A stretch of DNA of 64,000 bases from Lophium mytilinum (Eukaryota): NCBI GenBank assembly GCA_010093605.1, contig MU004183.1:1302001-1366000 (forward strand), read 5' to 3'. The position numbers and the translations under genes are program-made. Positions 24,766-36,837 of this stretch are shown here, piece after piece. The stretch's first letter is position 1, and each line of letters opens with the position of its first letter. The notes under the pieces were generated by a model, which saw nothing but the letters and a program-made list of their open reading frames with translations, was not told the origin of the DNA and searched no databases.

Positions 24766-27700
24766 ATGCACGCTCTCATTTCGCGGGCGAGCAGGACCAA
24801 CATGTCGGCCAGCAAGACCCGCTCGCGAGATCGAAGTGCCTCTGAAGTGGTTGCGCCTGGCGCCGACGACCTCCGCCAGCCCGATCCTGCATACCTCCCT
24901 CGTGCTGCCAGCTACACCTATTTTCCACATGTCAAGGAACTATTCGACGATTCCTCCCTCGTCGAGCTCAAGGGGACCATTTCAGAAGACGAGCTCAAGT
25001 CGACAACGACTGCGTTGGCCCAAACAGACTCCCCTTCCTCGGGAGACTCAAGCCCGGACACCGACACTCCTACCACAGACGAGCGCCCCTCTGTGAAAAG
25101 AAATGCCTCGCGCCGGTCATCGAGATTTTTGCTTTTCAGCAGTCAGGATGAGGAACCAGCAAGCCTTGACACGAGCGACACTGCTCAGGATAGCCAACCG
25201 ACAACCCCAAAAGCAAGATCGCCCGTGAGATCAATGACAAGACTACGGAGAAAATCCTGGATATCGTCTCGACCATCTTCACCGACTAAAGAGGGAGAGA
25301 AGGACCCTGCAGTCGGAGACTCCGCGAGACCTGTGAAAAGTTTAGACGCTGGTCGAAGAAGGTCAATCGTCGCAGCAACCTTTAAACTCGATAAAGATGG
25401 GTCAAAGGGTAGTCGGGATAACTCTCCTACCCCGAGTAAACGGGCTGTTATATCGAAGAAGCCGAAGCGACCGTTAAGCGCTCTGCTGAAAGGACCCAGC
25501 CCGGTCGAAATACCAATCCCGTCGAAAGTCCCCGACGTCCCTCGTCTGCCCAGATCCTTCTCCTCTGATCGGCTGCCTTTGGGCCCACAGTCACCCACTT
25601 CTCCCAACCAAGTTCCCCCAATACCAAGAAATTTCTCTTCGGACAAGCTCAAGGGCACGAGGATCGAGCCTAGGAAGAAGGACGAACTATGGAGCATTTT
25701 CAGGACACTGGAAGGTGACCTTCGCAAGTAAGTGCAGTGCACGTATGATGGATGTTTAGTTGGCTAATAATCGTTGCAGGTTTCAATCCAAGTCAATTGC
25801 GCTCAAAACGAACGTTGTACGGACCACCCTGCTACCTTTCCTGCGAGCCTATGCAGTACACCCGTCAAACAACAAGCTGCGACCTGAGGACTTGGATAGA
25901 CGGGCAAACATTTTGAATGGTTGGTGGACTGGTCTTCTGGAGCTGCTCTCAGGCAGGAACAATCTGTCCATATCAGGTACGGACCGCCCGGCTATTCTGG
26001 AAGGTATAGCAGGAATCATGGAAAGACCCGAGTGGAGACTGTCTCCATCGCCTTTCTGTGCTCTTGCGAATAGGGCCGACACAGCGTCGACGCTGGCTGC
26101 AAACTCTACAACATCTCTTTCCTCTGGCGCCTCCGACTTCCTAGCAGAATCGGTATATCACAATGTCCGGAACATTTTTACTCAAAATTTGTTATCGCAG
26201 ATGGCGTTCGTTGTCGATAAAATGTCCCTTCGGAGCGCTGCCGCAAGTCTGGTGACCTTCTGTGGGAAAACCTGCGCGTATGCTTTTTTCTTCTGCCCCG
26301 GGATAGCAGACGTTTTGGTCCGCTTATGGGATCCCTCGCTGGATACTATGAGACGCGTTTTGGAAGAGTCTGGTATCTCCAGACGTGATAAATTGGATGC
26401 AGTCGCGAACCGCGTTGTCCCAGTATTTCCACCCAGCCTCCACTCTTTGAAATTTACCTCTATCATCAAAACATCGAGGGTGTTGCGCGCGGCTGCTAAC
26501 CCACCTCTGGGTACTGCTAACTGGGACTGGTACGGACCGTGGGTAAAGCGCTGGACAGGGACCGAGAGCGAACTGTTCTATGTCTTTGTGAAGCATTACC
26601 ACATTCTTGTCACCGAGTTCCTGCCCGCAGAGCCTACTCATCTTGAACGTATCTGCGTACCAGGCTTGGTCATGGTACACGCTCAGATTCTGGAGAACCT
26701 GGACGCAACGATCAACCGCAATGCTACTGCAACCCCGGCGGAAGAGCTTACGAACGGTCCGGCTCCCATTACATTCGACGATGTACTCGCCGATCCCGAT
26801 GCTGCCGCTACGACCGTTCCCATGCCGCCTGCGAATGCAACTCGGCTGATGGCGGAGAACCGCCTGATCATGTTGATTAGAGATTTTCTTTCTGACCGGG
26901 GCGCTCTGCATCTCACAGCCCGTCGTATGTTTGCAGAGGCATTTGGCCACATCCTCAAGGCAGCAGCTCGGAAGATCTCTATCTACGATAGCCAAGCCTG
27001 CTACACTCTTTGTGACTTTCTGGAAGAAGCCCTAGTCATCATGGTCCGATATGACCAAAGCGCTCCATCGCAAGTGTCGGTATTAGACTGGCCGTTCTGG
27101 CTATCTGTGTGCATGCAGATGGCGGCAAGCCAGAGTACTACAACTGAGCTCAAGCTATATTCTTTCTTATTCAGCATGTGGAACCTCATCGCTATTGACG
27201 AGAGTAGGAAGATGGATTTGTGTCTCAGCTTCTTACTCGAGCCGGAGTTCTTTGAAAGCAGGTTTAACCACTGGTGCCCAATGGTCCGAACCTACTTTAT
27301 GCGCTTACTGTGTTGGCGAATTGCACGGTACGATGGGGAGGGCACGGAAATCGACACGTAAGTCCAGGACTAATGAGACAATCATCAGTTTTTCCACTAA
27401 CCTTGGGGACAGCGAAATTTTGAAGACCTTGAATGACAGACTGCGGTCCGTCTGGGGTCATTATCTATGGCTACGCGAAGACTCCGAGCTGAAAGGAGCA
27501 AGTCCTCCGTCTACAGCACCATGCAACCCAGCGCCGGGCCGGCGATTACTCATAATTCGGAACGACAACCCAATTGTTACGAGTGGAGGACCTTTTCTGT
27601 CGTTTGATGGTGTAGTACAGAACTCTGCCGTGGGTCGATTATCGTCACTGGATGCAATCTCCGAGGCGGATTCGCGACCCCCTTCCGCGCAGTCTACTGA

Positions 27701-28253
27701 TTCGTCCGAGTTTGGCACTGGCGAAGAAGAGACTGGCAAAAAGCGATGGAGCTTGCTCCGAAGTTTCATTAGTGGTACCCCAAAATCGCGATCAAAGTCA
27801 CGAAGCCCAGGACCTACACCAAAAGAGCCTGTTGCTACCTCGCCTCCATCCAAAGTATCAACACCCATCTCGTCTAGACCTAGTTCGCGGAATGGTGAAA
27901 AGCGTCCACCTTTAATTTCGCACCGGAGTTACTTTTTCCGTTTCTCTCTTGAATATGTGGATAAACGTTTCCACAGGCCGATGGAGATGCGGCTGTTTCC
28001 GCCCAGACTGCCTTTGCCAGCGCAGATGCATCTTCAGGATGAGGACATATTTCTCCCTCCCGTTACCAGCGCCAAGCCGACTGGGAAAGTAGCACAGTCC
28101 AGTCGATACGCTGGCCGCTCACTTGCTGAGTGGGCTCTGGTTGTGCACGAGTGCCAGAACTTCTTTGATCGCAGAAAGACTGAGGGTGTGCCAGCGAACA
28201 AGCTTGTCGAGACGCCAACACTCGCGGTTGAGAATTTCAGGATGCGGGGATAG
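24766..28253 (+). CDS. DUF1765-family conserved fungal protein; exons 24766-25727, 25780-27357, 27413-28253
   Basis: Ser/Pro-rich N-terminus. Helical core with FLR...WWTGLL and FNHWCPMVRTYFMRLLCWRIAR. C-terminal YAGRSLAEWALVVHECQNFFDRR...VETPTL. Two canonical GTAAGT introns keep the frame. Confidence 0.85.
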
Positions 28254-30061
28254 GCTTCCTTGACTGATAGCTGTTTGATTCTGGGTTTCTCTCTTCATCT
28301 CGACTTTAGCGTCTCACCTAACCCGGCATCTATGACTCTTTCAACGAGCGGGACTTGGTAGGCTACTGTTCCTGCAAGATCTTCATGTGCGACAATATTT
28401 TGGGTCTTTTAATTACTCTACGATGTAAAATACACGTTGATTCGGATGTGCGTGTTCTTATACATTTGTTGAGGAGTTTGGGTCGTGCTAGAATGCACAT
28501 TCTCTAGCCTCTTTTTAGACCTTCGCATCTCGTACAGGGTTGTTGGAAGGGTGCTTTGGCGCATAGGCTCACATCATTCTTCTTATTTCTGTTGCGGACG
28601 GAACTTGTTGGGAACGGTATATATTTCCGAAGGCAGGCGTATATAGGGGGCTGATAGGCCTGCGAAGTTTGCATCCGCCGTGCGCAAGCAACTATTCTTT
28701 TTCTACTTCCACGAATTGCAGTTCCGCTCAAAAGGATACTATTCTAAAGGACAAGTGCAAATATCTATGCGTCCTGCATCCCGATTGCGGGAGGTGCCGA
28801 GACAGTGAGTTGATTTGTTGGCCTCGACGTATGCCACAGCTCCCTTATTGCAGGAGATGAATTGTCGGTATGTCGACCTCACACCACCTGCCAATGCTCA
28901 TGCTAAATTCTGTTCCAGAAACGGCTAGGCAATGCAATCCACTGCAAAAGCGTGCTGATTCATATTAGGCCCGCGATAGTCTTTCATGTCGAGAAACTTC
29001 TTCTGCAGAATTTGGTTCACTTTTACGATGCTGACCGGCTCTCCAAAGGTATGCCGGCCAATCACTGACCTCCATTGCAGCTTAACTGTGCTAGCTGCTC
29101 GACATCGCGTATGTGGAGGGCGCACAGTCTCCGAGCCTTCGGAGTACCGCTCTTCGAGTGTTCCACTACAGCGTTCAAAACGGCAGTAACCATGTCGATC
29201 CCCAGCCTAAGCCACGAGGAAGATGCAACATGGTCGCATACACGGAGCGTCGAACTTTTCTCCGGGCCAAACATGGTTGACTTTACAGAGCCACGAGCGT
29301 AGTGCTCGAACACCTTCAACGGCTTCTAACAACGCCACAACTCGCTGTTCAATTTACTCTGCAATGAACTCCCTCTGTGTCCCCCACTTCATCACTTGCC
29401 ATGATTCTGGGAAGTAGCCAACCTCATCTAACAGGAAAGCTAGGGCCTGCGGAAGAGTTCACGCTCCACACAGCCCGAAGAGGACACAACAGCTCGAGGG
29501 GACTGGGAAGATCCTCCATCCGGTGGCTTTATTTAGGCATTCACATCAGCCTAGCCTCGAAGGCTGTGCCCCATGCGCACAATTGAAAGCAGAGGAGAGA
29601 TGCTATTCCGTGTACGCCCCAAGCCGCGATCAGCTTTTCCAATGACTTCAGTACTCTGTTTTCCAAAGACTACTGAGGAGATCGGGATTCCGCTCACCCC
29701 TTAAACATAAGCGCTATGTTGCCCTTCTAAGAACTTGATATACCATCAGGGGATGCGGCTCGGCGGGTCCTCGCCCTCCTGCAGGTTTGCGGTGGTCTGG
29801 GTCCCCTCCACAATGTAACACGAACCACGACTGATAGTCCATGACCGAACGGTTCACTAGACGATACTGCGCTGCAGCGAACTAAGCTCGACCTGATCTC
29901 CTTATTCACAATGGCTTACGGTGCCGTCTTCGGTATAAAGACATGGCGTCCGGTCCGCATGGCGTTAAGAAATAGATCGCGCCTCTTGATTCATCTCTCA
30001 TACCTCTTAAGCCATTTTCTCAAGCCAACGCGTTAGTTCTGATCCATTTTAGCCCGCTGCA

Positions 30062-31114
30062 ATGCATGTCTCAGCACTCCTGCTTCTCTTCTGCGCGTAT
30101 GGTCTGGTGCATGCGTTGACGGTGCCGGGAACGTCGCCCTGGCCCGAGAAGCACCTAAGGCCAGCTTCCAAGCTAGCGAAGAGGGCCGTATCGAATGAAC
30201 TGGCACCACGAGCACTTTGTCCATTGGTATGGTGGACGATCGCTACAGAACTTAAGCTATCTTTCCTTGGGATAGGAGGATGCAACAACCTCGCGCGGTA
30301 AAAACGCTATCACATCTTGAAGCGAAGTGCCTGAACTAATCTACTTCAAGACAGGCTATTCGTGCGGCTTTCCACGACTGCTTCGTAGACGGCTGCAACG
30401 GATCTCTGATGCTCAGCGGCGAATGTGAGCGGAGCGAGAACAATGGCCTGGAAGATATATGCACGCAACTCCCGAAAGTTCGTGCGAAGTACGGAGTAGG
30501 CATGGCCGATCTTATTCAATTTGCTGGAGGTAATCGCGACTACTCACTCCTCTATCCAACATGCACTGACAACCTCACTCAGCCGTCGCCGTCGAAGTTT
30601 GCCCTCTCGGACCCGCAATGCCCTTCTTCGCCGGCCGCGAAGACTCCACCACCGCCTCCGCCCAGGGCCAACTTCCCTCCGTGACCGGCAGCGGTGACCA
30701 GCTCTTAAACATGTTCAAAGCCAAAGGCTTCACTGCTACAGACCTCGCCGCGCTGATTGGGGCGCACACGACGTCGAAGCAGTTCTTCGTTGATAAAACG
30801 AAGGTAGGCGCGGCGCAAGATACTACTCCGAACGTCTGGGATGTGGCGTACTATGGCCAGACGTTGGCGGGGACGGCGCCGTTTACTTTCGAGAGCGATA
30901 AGAACCTAGCGGCGCAGACAGAGGTGAAGAAGCCGTTCAAGAGTTTTGTGGGGAATCAGTTGGGGTGGAACGGGGCGTTTGTTGTTGCGTAAGTGGTCGT
31001 GGGTGTGTGAACTGGGAGAAGGCTTGCTAATCGTGGTTTAGGATGGTTAAGATGTCGTTGCTTGGAGTGAATGGGGGGAAGAGTGGGTTGGTGGATTGCT
31101 CTGCTGCTGTATGA
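30062..31114 (+). CDS. Secreted heme peroxidase (non-animal superfamily, ascomycete class II/generic type); exons 30062-30297, 30351-30529, 30583-30988, 31042-31114
   Basis: Signal peptide and KR propeptide site. Distal R-x-x-F-H (RAAFHDC), ENNGL, ADLIQFAG, CPLGP, GREDS. Proximal ALIGAHT, DTTPNVWD, FESDKNL and LVDCS. TATAAA at about 29934. Confidence 0.9.
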
Positions 31115-31482
31115 GAGGAGGTCAAACTGATAGTAAGGAAAGCTAGGATCTAGGGTTTTACGTTTTGTCGTGCTTCTTACTTGCTATACTTGTACTCTCA
31201 GATTTAAGTCTGATGACTTTGTCAATTACTGGGTATACCCTGATTCTTGTACCTTTATCATCTTAGCTGAGAGTAGAATAAAGTCGCAAGCTTCGTGTTC
31301 TTGCTCACTATTTACAAAATCTCATTTAAGCAGCTGCGAAGACATACATCAAGTGCAGGCGTGCTCGTACTAAGGAATCAAATTCACAAATCTGCTTGGC
31401 GCTAGGGTTCTGATTTGGTTATAGAATGTTTTGGTGGTGAGCTAGCTCGACCAATCAGAGGGCTGTTGCTGGGCAACCCTGT

Positions 31483-31496
31483 TTTTGGCGCCAAAA
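31483..31496. promoter_or_regulatory. Perfect 14-bp palindrome TTTTGGCGCCAAAA upstream of NDC80
   Basis: Read directly; lies 133 bp upstream of the ATG at 31629. Confidence 0.35.
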
Positions 31497-31628
31497 CATC
31501 AACACAACACGAGAGTCCAGCACATACACCACCACACACCGCACCTCACCGCCAACATTCCCCCACCAACAGCTCTTAAAATCACAGTATACACTTGTAT
31601 CAATAGCGGTCTGCGCCCATAATATCCA

Positions 31629-34019
31629 ATGGCCCAAGAAACGGGCGTCTTCTCCATCCGCCGTCCGCGCGAGGTAAGTCGTCTCCCACGCCGCAGCTTC
31701 CTTGCTTCGTCGCATTTCTAACTCTCATAACGCAGCCGCTGGGCGGCATCGCGCACACTAACTCCGCAATTCCCATGCCGGCTTCTGCGATGAAGCGCTC
31801 GAACTCAGTCTCGAACATGGCAAACAGCGCATTCGGCGGCCCTTTCACGACGAACCACGCGCGCTCAACCTCCGGATCGCGCATGTCTCTCGCACCTGGC
31901 CGCCCGAGCCAGCCAATCTTCCAGCGCTCTTCCTCTGGCGACAATCTTGCGGCTATGGGCGGGTTTCAATCCGCGCACCGCAATTCGACAAACAATATGT
32001 TCGGCGGCGCAAGCACTGGGCGCAAGAGTCTTGCGCCTGGCGCAGGGCTCACGACACCGGCATCCGCACTGAGCCAGGACCAGAGTTCACAGCGACGAAG
32101 CAGCGTGTTTAGAGCTCGACCATCGTCTGGCGCGGGTGGGATGGGACAACGCCAGAGCTTTTTCACGACCACGCCAGCTACAGCTGCCATACCGGTAGAC
32201 CCTAGACGACTAAAGGACGCGTCGGTGCGAGGGCAAATGGCACAGGAGCTCATGGAGTACCTGACACACGGGAATTTTGAGATGGAAGCAAAGCACTCTC
32301 TCACCCACAAGTCCATGAGCTCCCCAACGCAAAAGGATTTCAATTGCATGTTCCAGTGGCTGTATCACCGCATCGACCCATCGTATCGTTTCCAAAAATC
32401 TATCGACGCTGAAGTGCCGGCACTCCTGAAACAGTTGCGATATCCGTTCGAGAAGTCCATCATGAAGTCTCAAATCGCGGCCGTCGGTGGAAACAACTGG
32501 TCCACGTTCCTAGGGCTTCTACACTGGATGATGCAGCTTGCGCGCATGATGGATCAGTATAACGCGGGAAGTTATGATGATGTGTGCGCAGAAGCGGGCC
32601 ACGACGTCCTACACGACAGGATCATCTTCGACTTTCTCTCCGACGCATATCAAACCTGGTTGCACGTCGAAGACGATGGCGAAGACGACGATCCGGCGAA
32701 GCTGGTGGCACCACACGTTGAGGTGATGGCCGCCAAGTTTGAGCAAGCGAACTCCCATCACTTAGAGGAATTGGAGGTCCTACAGGCTGAGCACAAGGCA
32801 CTGGAAGACCAGATAGACGAGCTAGGGAAAAGCGGGCCTCGACTTAACAGCTTGAACGACCAGATCAAGATTCTAGAAGAAGACAAGGCCAAATTCGAGA
32901 AGTACAACGACAATCTAGAGGTCAAAGTTGAAAGATACGAGAACCGGGTCAAGCTTCTAGAAGAGGAAATCCGCAAGACCGAGGCCGAGCTAGAAGAGGC
33001 TGAGAACGAGAAGCAAAGTCTGCAAGAGATAGTCGACAGCAGAGGCATCACCATCAGCGACATTGACCGAATGAACACGGAGCGCGAACGACTACAAAAA
33101 GGCGTCGAGTCCACCAGCACACGTCTTGAAGAAACCAGGAAGAAGGTCGCAGAGAAAGAAATCGAGGCACTTCGTAAACTCGACGAGCTCGAGCGGACGG
33201 TCGAAAAGTACAACTCACTCGGCTATCAAATTGGTATCATACCCGCCACCGCTGCCAACGCGAAAGGCCTCGAATATGAAATCATCATCACGACCACCGA
33301 GGGGCCGAACTTCTCTGGCTCTCAAATGGGCGCCTCTCAGGGACAAGACTCGTCGGACCGGCTCCTTGCAGACTCGGGCAACGGATACCAGCCCCACCAG
33401 CTCCTAAACCTCGACCTCCGCGGGACCGTCAAGACCAACATCCTCTCGCTTCGCAAGGAGATCAGCGAGAGGCGCAATGCTGCTCTCGAGATGGACATGA
33501 ACAACCACGACCTCCTCGACAAGATCAAGGAGGCCATGGACGATAAACAGTCTGAAGTCGAAGGCTTAGGGCACAAGGTCCGCGCGGCTGAGGAGGAGTT
33601 TGAAAAGACTCGCGAGATCACGAATGCGCAAAAGATGGCTAGCGACGCGCAGATCGAGAAGATGGAGAAGGAGCTCGCGAAGATGAGGGCGGGCTTGAGT
33701 GACAGTGTGCAGGTGATGGAGCAGCGGGAAATGAGCACGAATCTTGAGTGAGTCTTCTAATACCACAGTCGCAAGCTAGTGGCAGCTGCTAATCTGAATC
33801 TCGAATAGGTACGAACAGCTCACCCTACGTGCGGCGTCTCTCCGCGAGGAGCTCCATACAGAGATTGAGCGCATGTTGAACGACATCATCAAGTTCAAGG
33901 TGCACATCCAAGGCAGCCTCGAGGGCTACGAGACCTTTGTCTCGGACGAGGCGGAGAAGTGTCTCGAGGAGCCGGATCCGGCGGGTGTGCATGATGATGA
34001 GGATGTGTTTGAGGATTAG
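31629..34019 (+). CDS. NDC80: Kinetochore protein Ndc80/Hec1; exons 31629-31673, 31736-33747, 33809-34019
   Basis: Basic unstructured N-tail, CH domain (DPRRLKD...[20 protein letters not shown]...LKQLRYPF...[11 protein letters not shown]) and long coiled coil. Canonical introns. Confidence 0.95.
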
Positions 34020-34740
34020 GCGTAGTCAGTCCTTGCTGCCGGTTGGATAGCAGTAATCACTCGGTGCTCGAGTACGATGTACAGCCTTGTTGCATAATGA
34101 GCGGAGTTTTAGCGCTGGGGAGGGGGAGGCTGTAACGATTTCATCTCCTGGGAAGCAGTTGGGGGCTGTTTGATGATGGATAGGATAGGAGTTGGGGGAG
34201 TTGGTTTCTTGTTTCTTGTCTATGGGGTTGGATGATACCTTTCGATACGTAAATATGAACTTCTGCGTTGCTCACACCACCTCTCTCAGACCTGGCGAAT
34301 GTGACAATGCCTTTACTACTACATTGGGCGCGAAAAGGCATTCTCATTAAGCATTATGTCTCGTGTGGTACTCGTGTATGCCATGGCCTGAAACGCTGCA
34401 GCGAGATTTCACAATACTCGAGTTGAAGAGCTTCCATCTCGTTAAGATTTGTGATGATGCATCGAAGCACCCCAGGCAGTGGCATCCACGCGCACACACC
34501 CACGGTAAGAACGTACAGTGGTTGGGTGTGATAGCTGAAAGTGCAAGAATTCATAACCTACTTTTAATTTGTAAAGAATGGTGTAGAGTGTAACAATGGA
34601 AACGCGCCGTCATCCACTCAGCGTCAGACCATGTTCCATAATGATCCCAGCGCTTTTTGCCACCAGGAACATGCATCGTCGCCTTGAATATCACCGGATC
34701 CACACCTGATGAGAGGGCCGAGAGTCAGTTAAGTGGCCAG

Positions 34741-35780
34741 TCATAAGTACGGCAACCCAACACGTTCGAAAATAGTGTCCTCAATTACGGGAACGAACTC
34801 GGTCTTCGTTGCCGCGCTTTGAACAAGCAGTGCGTAATGGTATTGCCAGTTGCCTTTGCTAGGCCACTTGTACCCTTTGACGACAAGCACGCATAGGTAC
34901 GTTTCTCCGTTGAGATAAATATCGTCGTCCGGAGTGCAATAACCCATGGCTTGGTTGAATGGATCGACGATCAGGTAGACCCGCTTTTCATCGAATCCAA
35001 ACCACCTCGAAGTGTTTGACGCAAGCCATTTGACCATGTCATCGAAGATTGGGAGGAATTCGATGCCGGATTTCTTCTGATTCGACGTTACCAATCCCCA
35101 GCGGCCAGCGGCATATGAACCCAATGTGGAGGCCGGCCTCAGAGTCGGTTCCGAGAAAGGTTCGGAGACCGGAGGTGTCGTTCAGTCCCATCAGGGGCAA
35201 TATGGGAGCGATCAATACTATGATACCTGGATCCTCAACCCTGAACGTGGCTTTTTCGTGATCGGACTCGTATGAATCGGTCTTCGGGAATTCGATGCGA
35301 CGATTACGCGATGCCTATAGCCACTTTGGTAGGGTCAACTCTGTAATGTGTTCAATTCGGTTCTCTGAACTGTTGAACCAAAGCAGCGCTCCAGGAAGGT
35401 CATTATGCCAAAGCCCATCGACGTATTGATCGTCGGGCTGTCGTTTGGCTATAGTGTTTGCTAGACCTTGCAGTGCGACGAGTTTGTTCGTGGGATATTT
35501 CAAAGCTCTTCTGGTATAGTTGTTTACAATGGAGTCCCAATCCTACTGGAGAGATTCTATTGTGCTCGCCTCGGACGTTTCTGATATTTCCAGCTGTTGA
35601 CATGCCCAAAACATAGTCCTTTTCATGTAGTATACCTTTCTTCTAAATAGCAGTTCTTCTTGTAGTATCCAGGCACGAGTGCGTGCCGAGCTGAGTGCTG
35701 GGTTTTCCTCGTTCATGAAATCGAGTTGCTTCGCCTTCACGTATAGATTGCCTAATGTAGTACCCTCTTTCGTAACGTAG
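34741..35780 (-). pseudogene. Degenerate remnant of a HET-domain family gene (C-terminal part)
   Basis: RAWILQE...FWAC, then WDSIVNNYTRRALKYPTNKLVALQGLA, YVDGLW...LLW, PKWL*AS and ERVG. In-frame TAG stops at 35545-35543 and 35317-35315, a frameshift between about 35310 and 35120, and no intact N-terminus. Confidence 0.8.
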
Positions 35781-36496
35781 GAATCTGAACCATCGGTTCT
35801 TTGTGTTCATCGTCGCTTGAGGACGGTTTGCAGAGTAGCAAGCGAGTGGTCGACTATCGTCGGCCTGATCCCTCTAGTTCGCGGTCTTGATGTGGTTGAG
35901 AAGTCATGGAGAAGGCTGAGATGACAGACCTCGGCATAGTCCACTATGGCGCCTACCTAGACGTGAACGGAACTCAGCCATAGCGGCACGGGATCACGTG
36001 GGCAGAGGGGCTGGACAAGGTGCAGATTGGGGTTGTAGAAATGTATTCTATCGCTTCGCAGAAGGACGTCTCAATATCCATCCCACCTTTCACAAGCCGA
36101 ACCACACCATCAACACACACATAGCCCAAAAGCTTGGTCCCGCACGCCGTCATATCGATCTGAGCTTATCGTCGTCGCGGAGCTGCGGCGACCACTCACA
36201 GCGCGGGGTGCGGGGGCGGCTAAGTGACGCATGAGCGCATTGACGTCACCTAGTGCCTCGATAGTCGATGTGACCTAGACAGCCAACAAAGGATCATAGC
36301 TGGCACACAAACTGGCTTTGCTACCTGCTGTTTGGCTTTACTCGCCGAGATGTGGGAGCTGCCCAGTTTTAAAAGTGGACGGGGGGAGATTGGTTTAAAT
36401 AGGGCTGGACCCTGATGGGCTTCAAGTTCATTCCGAGTTTATTACATACACCACACTTTATCAATCAACCGGATATCAAATACCAGATCATTCAAT

Positions 36497-36837
36497 ATGA
36501 ACAACCAAGGCAACACTCAACAGGCTGGTGCTGGCAACGAGGACTATGCTGATAAGGGTAAGTTGTTGTCTCTTAACTTCTTCACGCTGTAGAGCTGTCT
36601 GCGCGAACGTTGCTGACATGACGACAGGACTCGATGCCGCCGAGAAGAAGTTCGGCGGCAAATTTGGCGCTGACCCGGCTAAGAACCGCTCGGTAAACGA
36701 GAAGATCGTATGTTCAACTACACACCTATTCAAGCTCTATTGAACATTCGCTGATGACGTGGTTGCAGACCGACGGCGCTCGCGGCATGTTTGAGAAAGC
36801 CACTGGCAAGGACGTGCCCGATAAGTTCTCGAACTAA
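36497..36837 (+). CDS. Small (69 aa) hydrophilic conserved fungal protein; exons 36497-36557, 36628-36707, 36769-36837
   Basis: MNNQGNTQQAGAGNEDYADK|GLDAAEKKFGGKFGADPAKNRSVNEKI|TDGARGMFEKATGKDVPDKFSN*. Two canonical introns (GTAAGT...GCTGAC...CAG; GTATGT...GCTGAT...CAG). TTTAAATA TATA-like box about 100 bp upstream. Confidence 0.85.

Noticed and set aside
28925..29400. Possible decayed minus-strand gene (…IEQRVVALLEAVEGVRALRSWL…)
   Set aside because: Interrupted by stops, with no family motif recognised; cannot be supported without a homology search.
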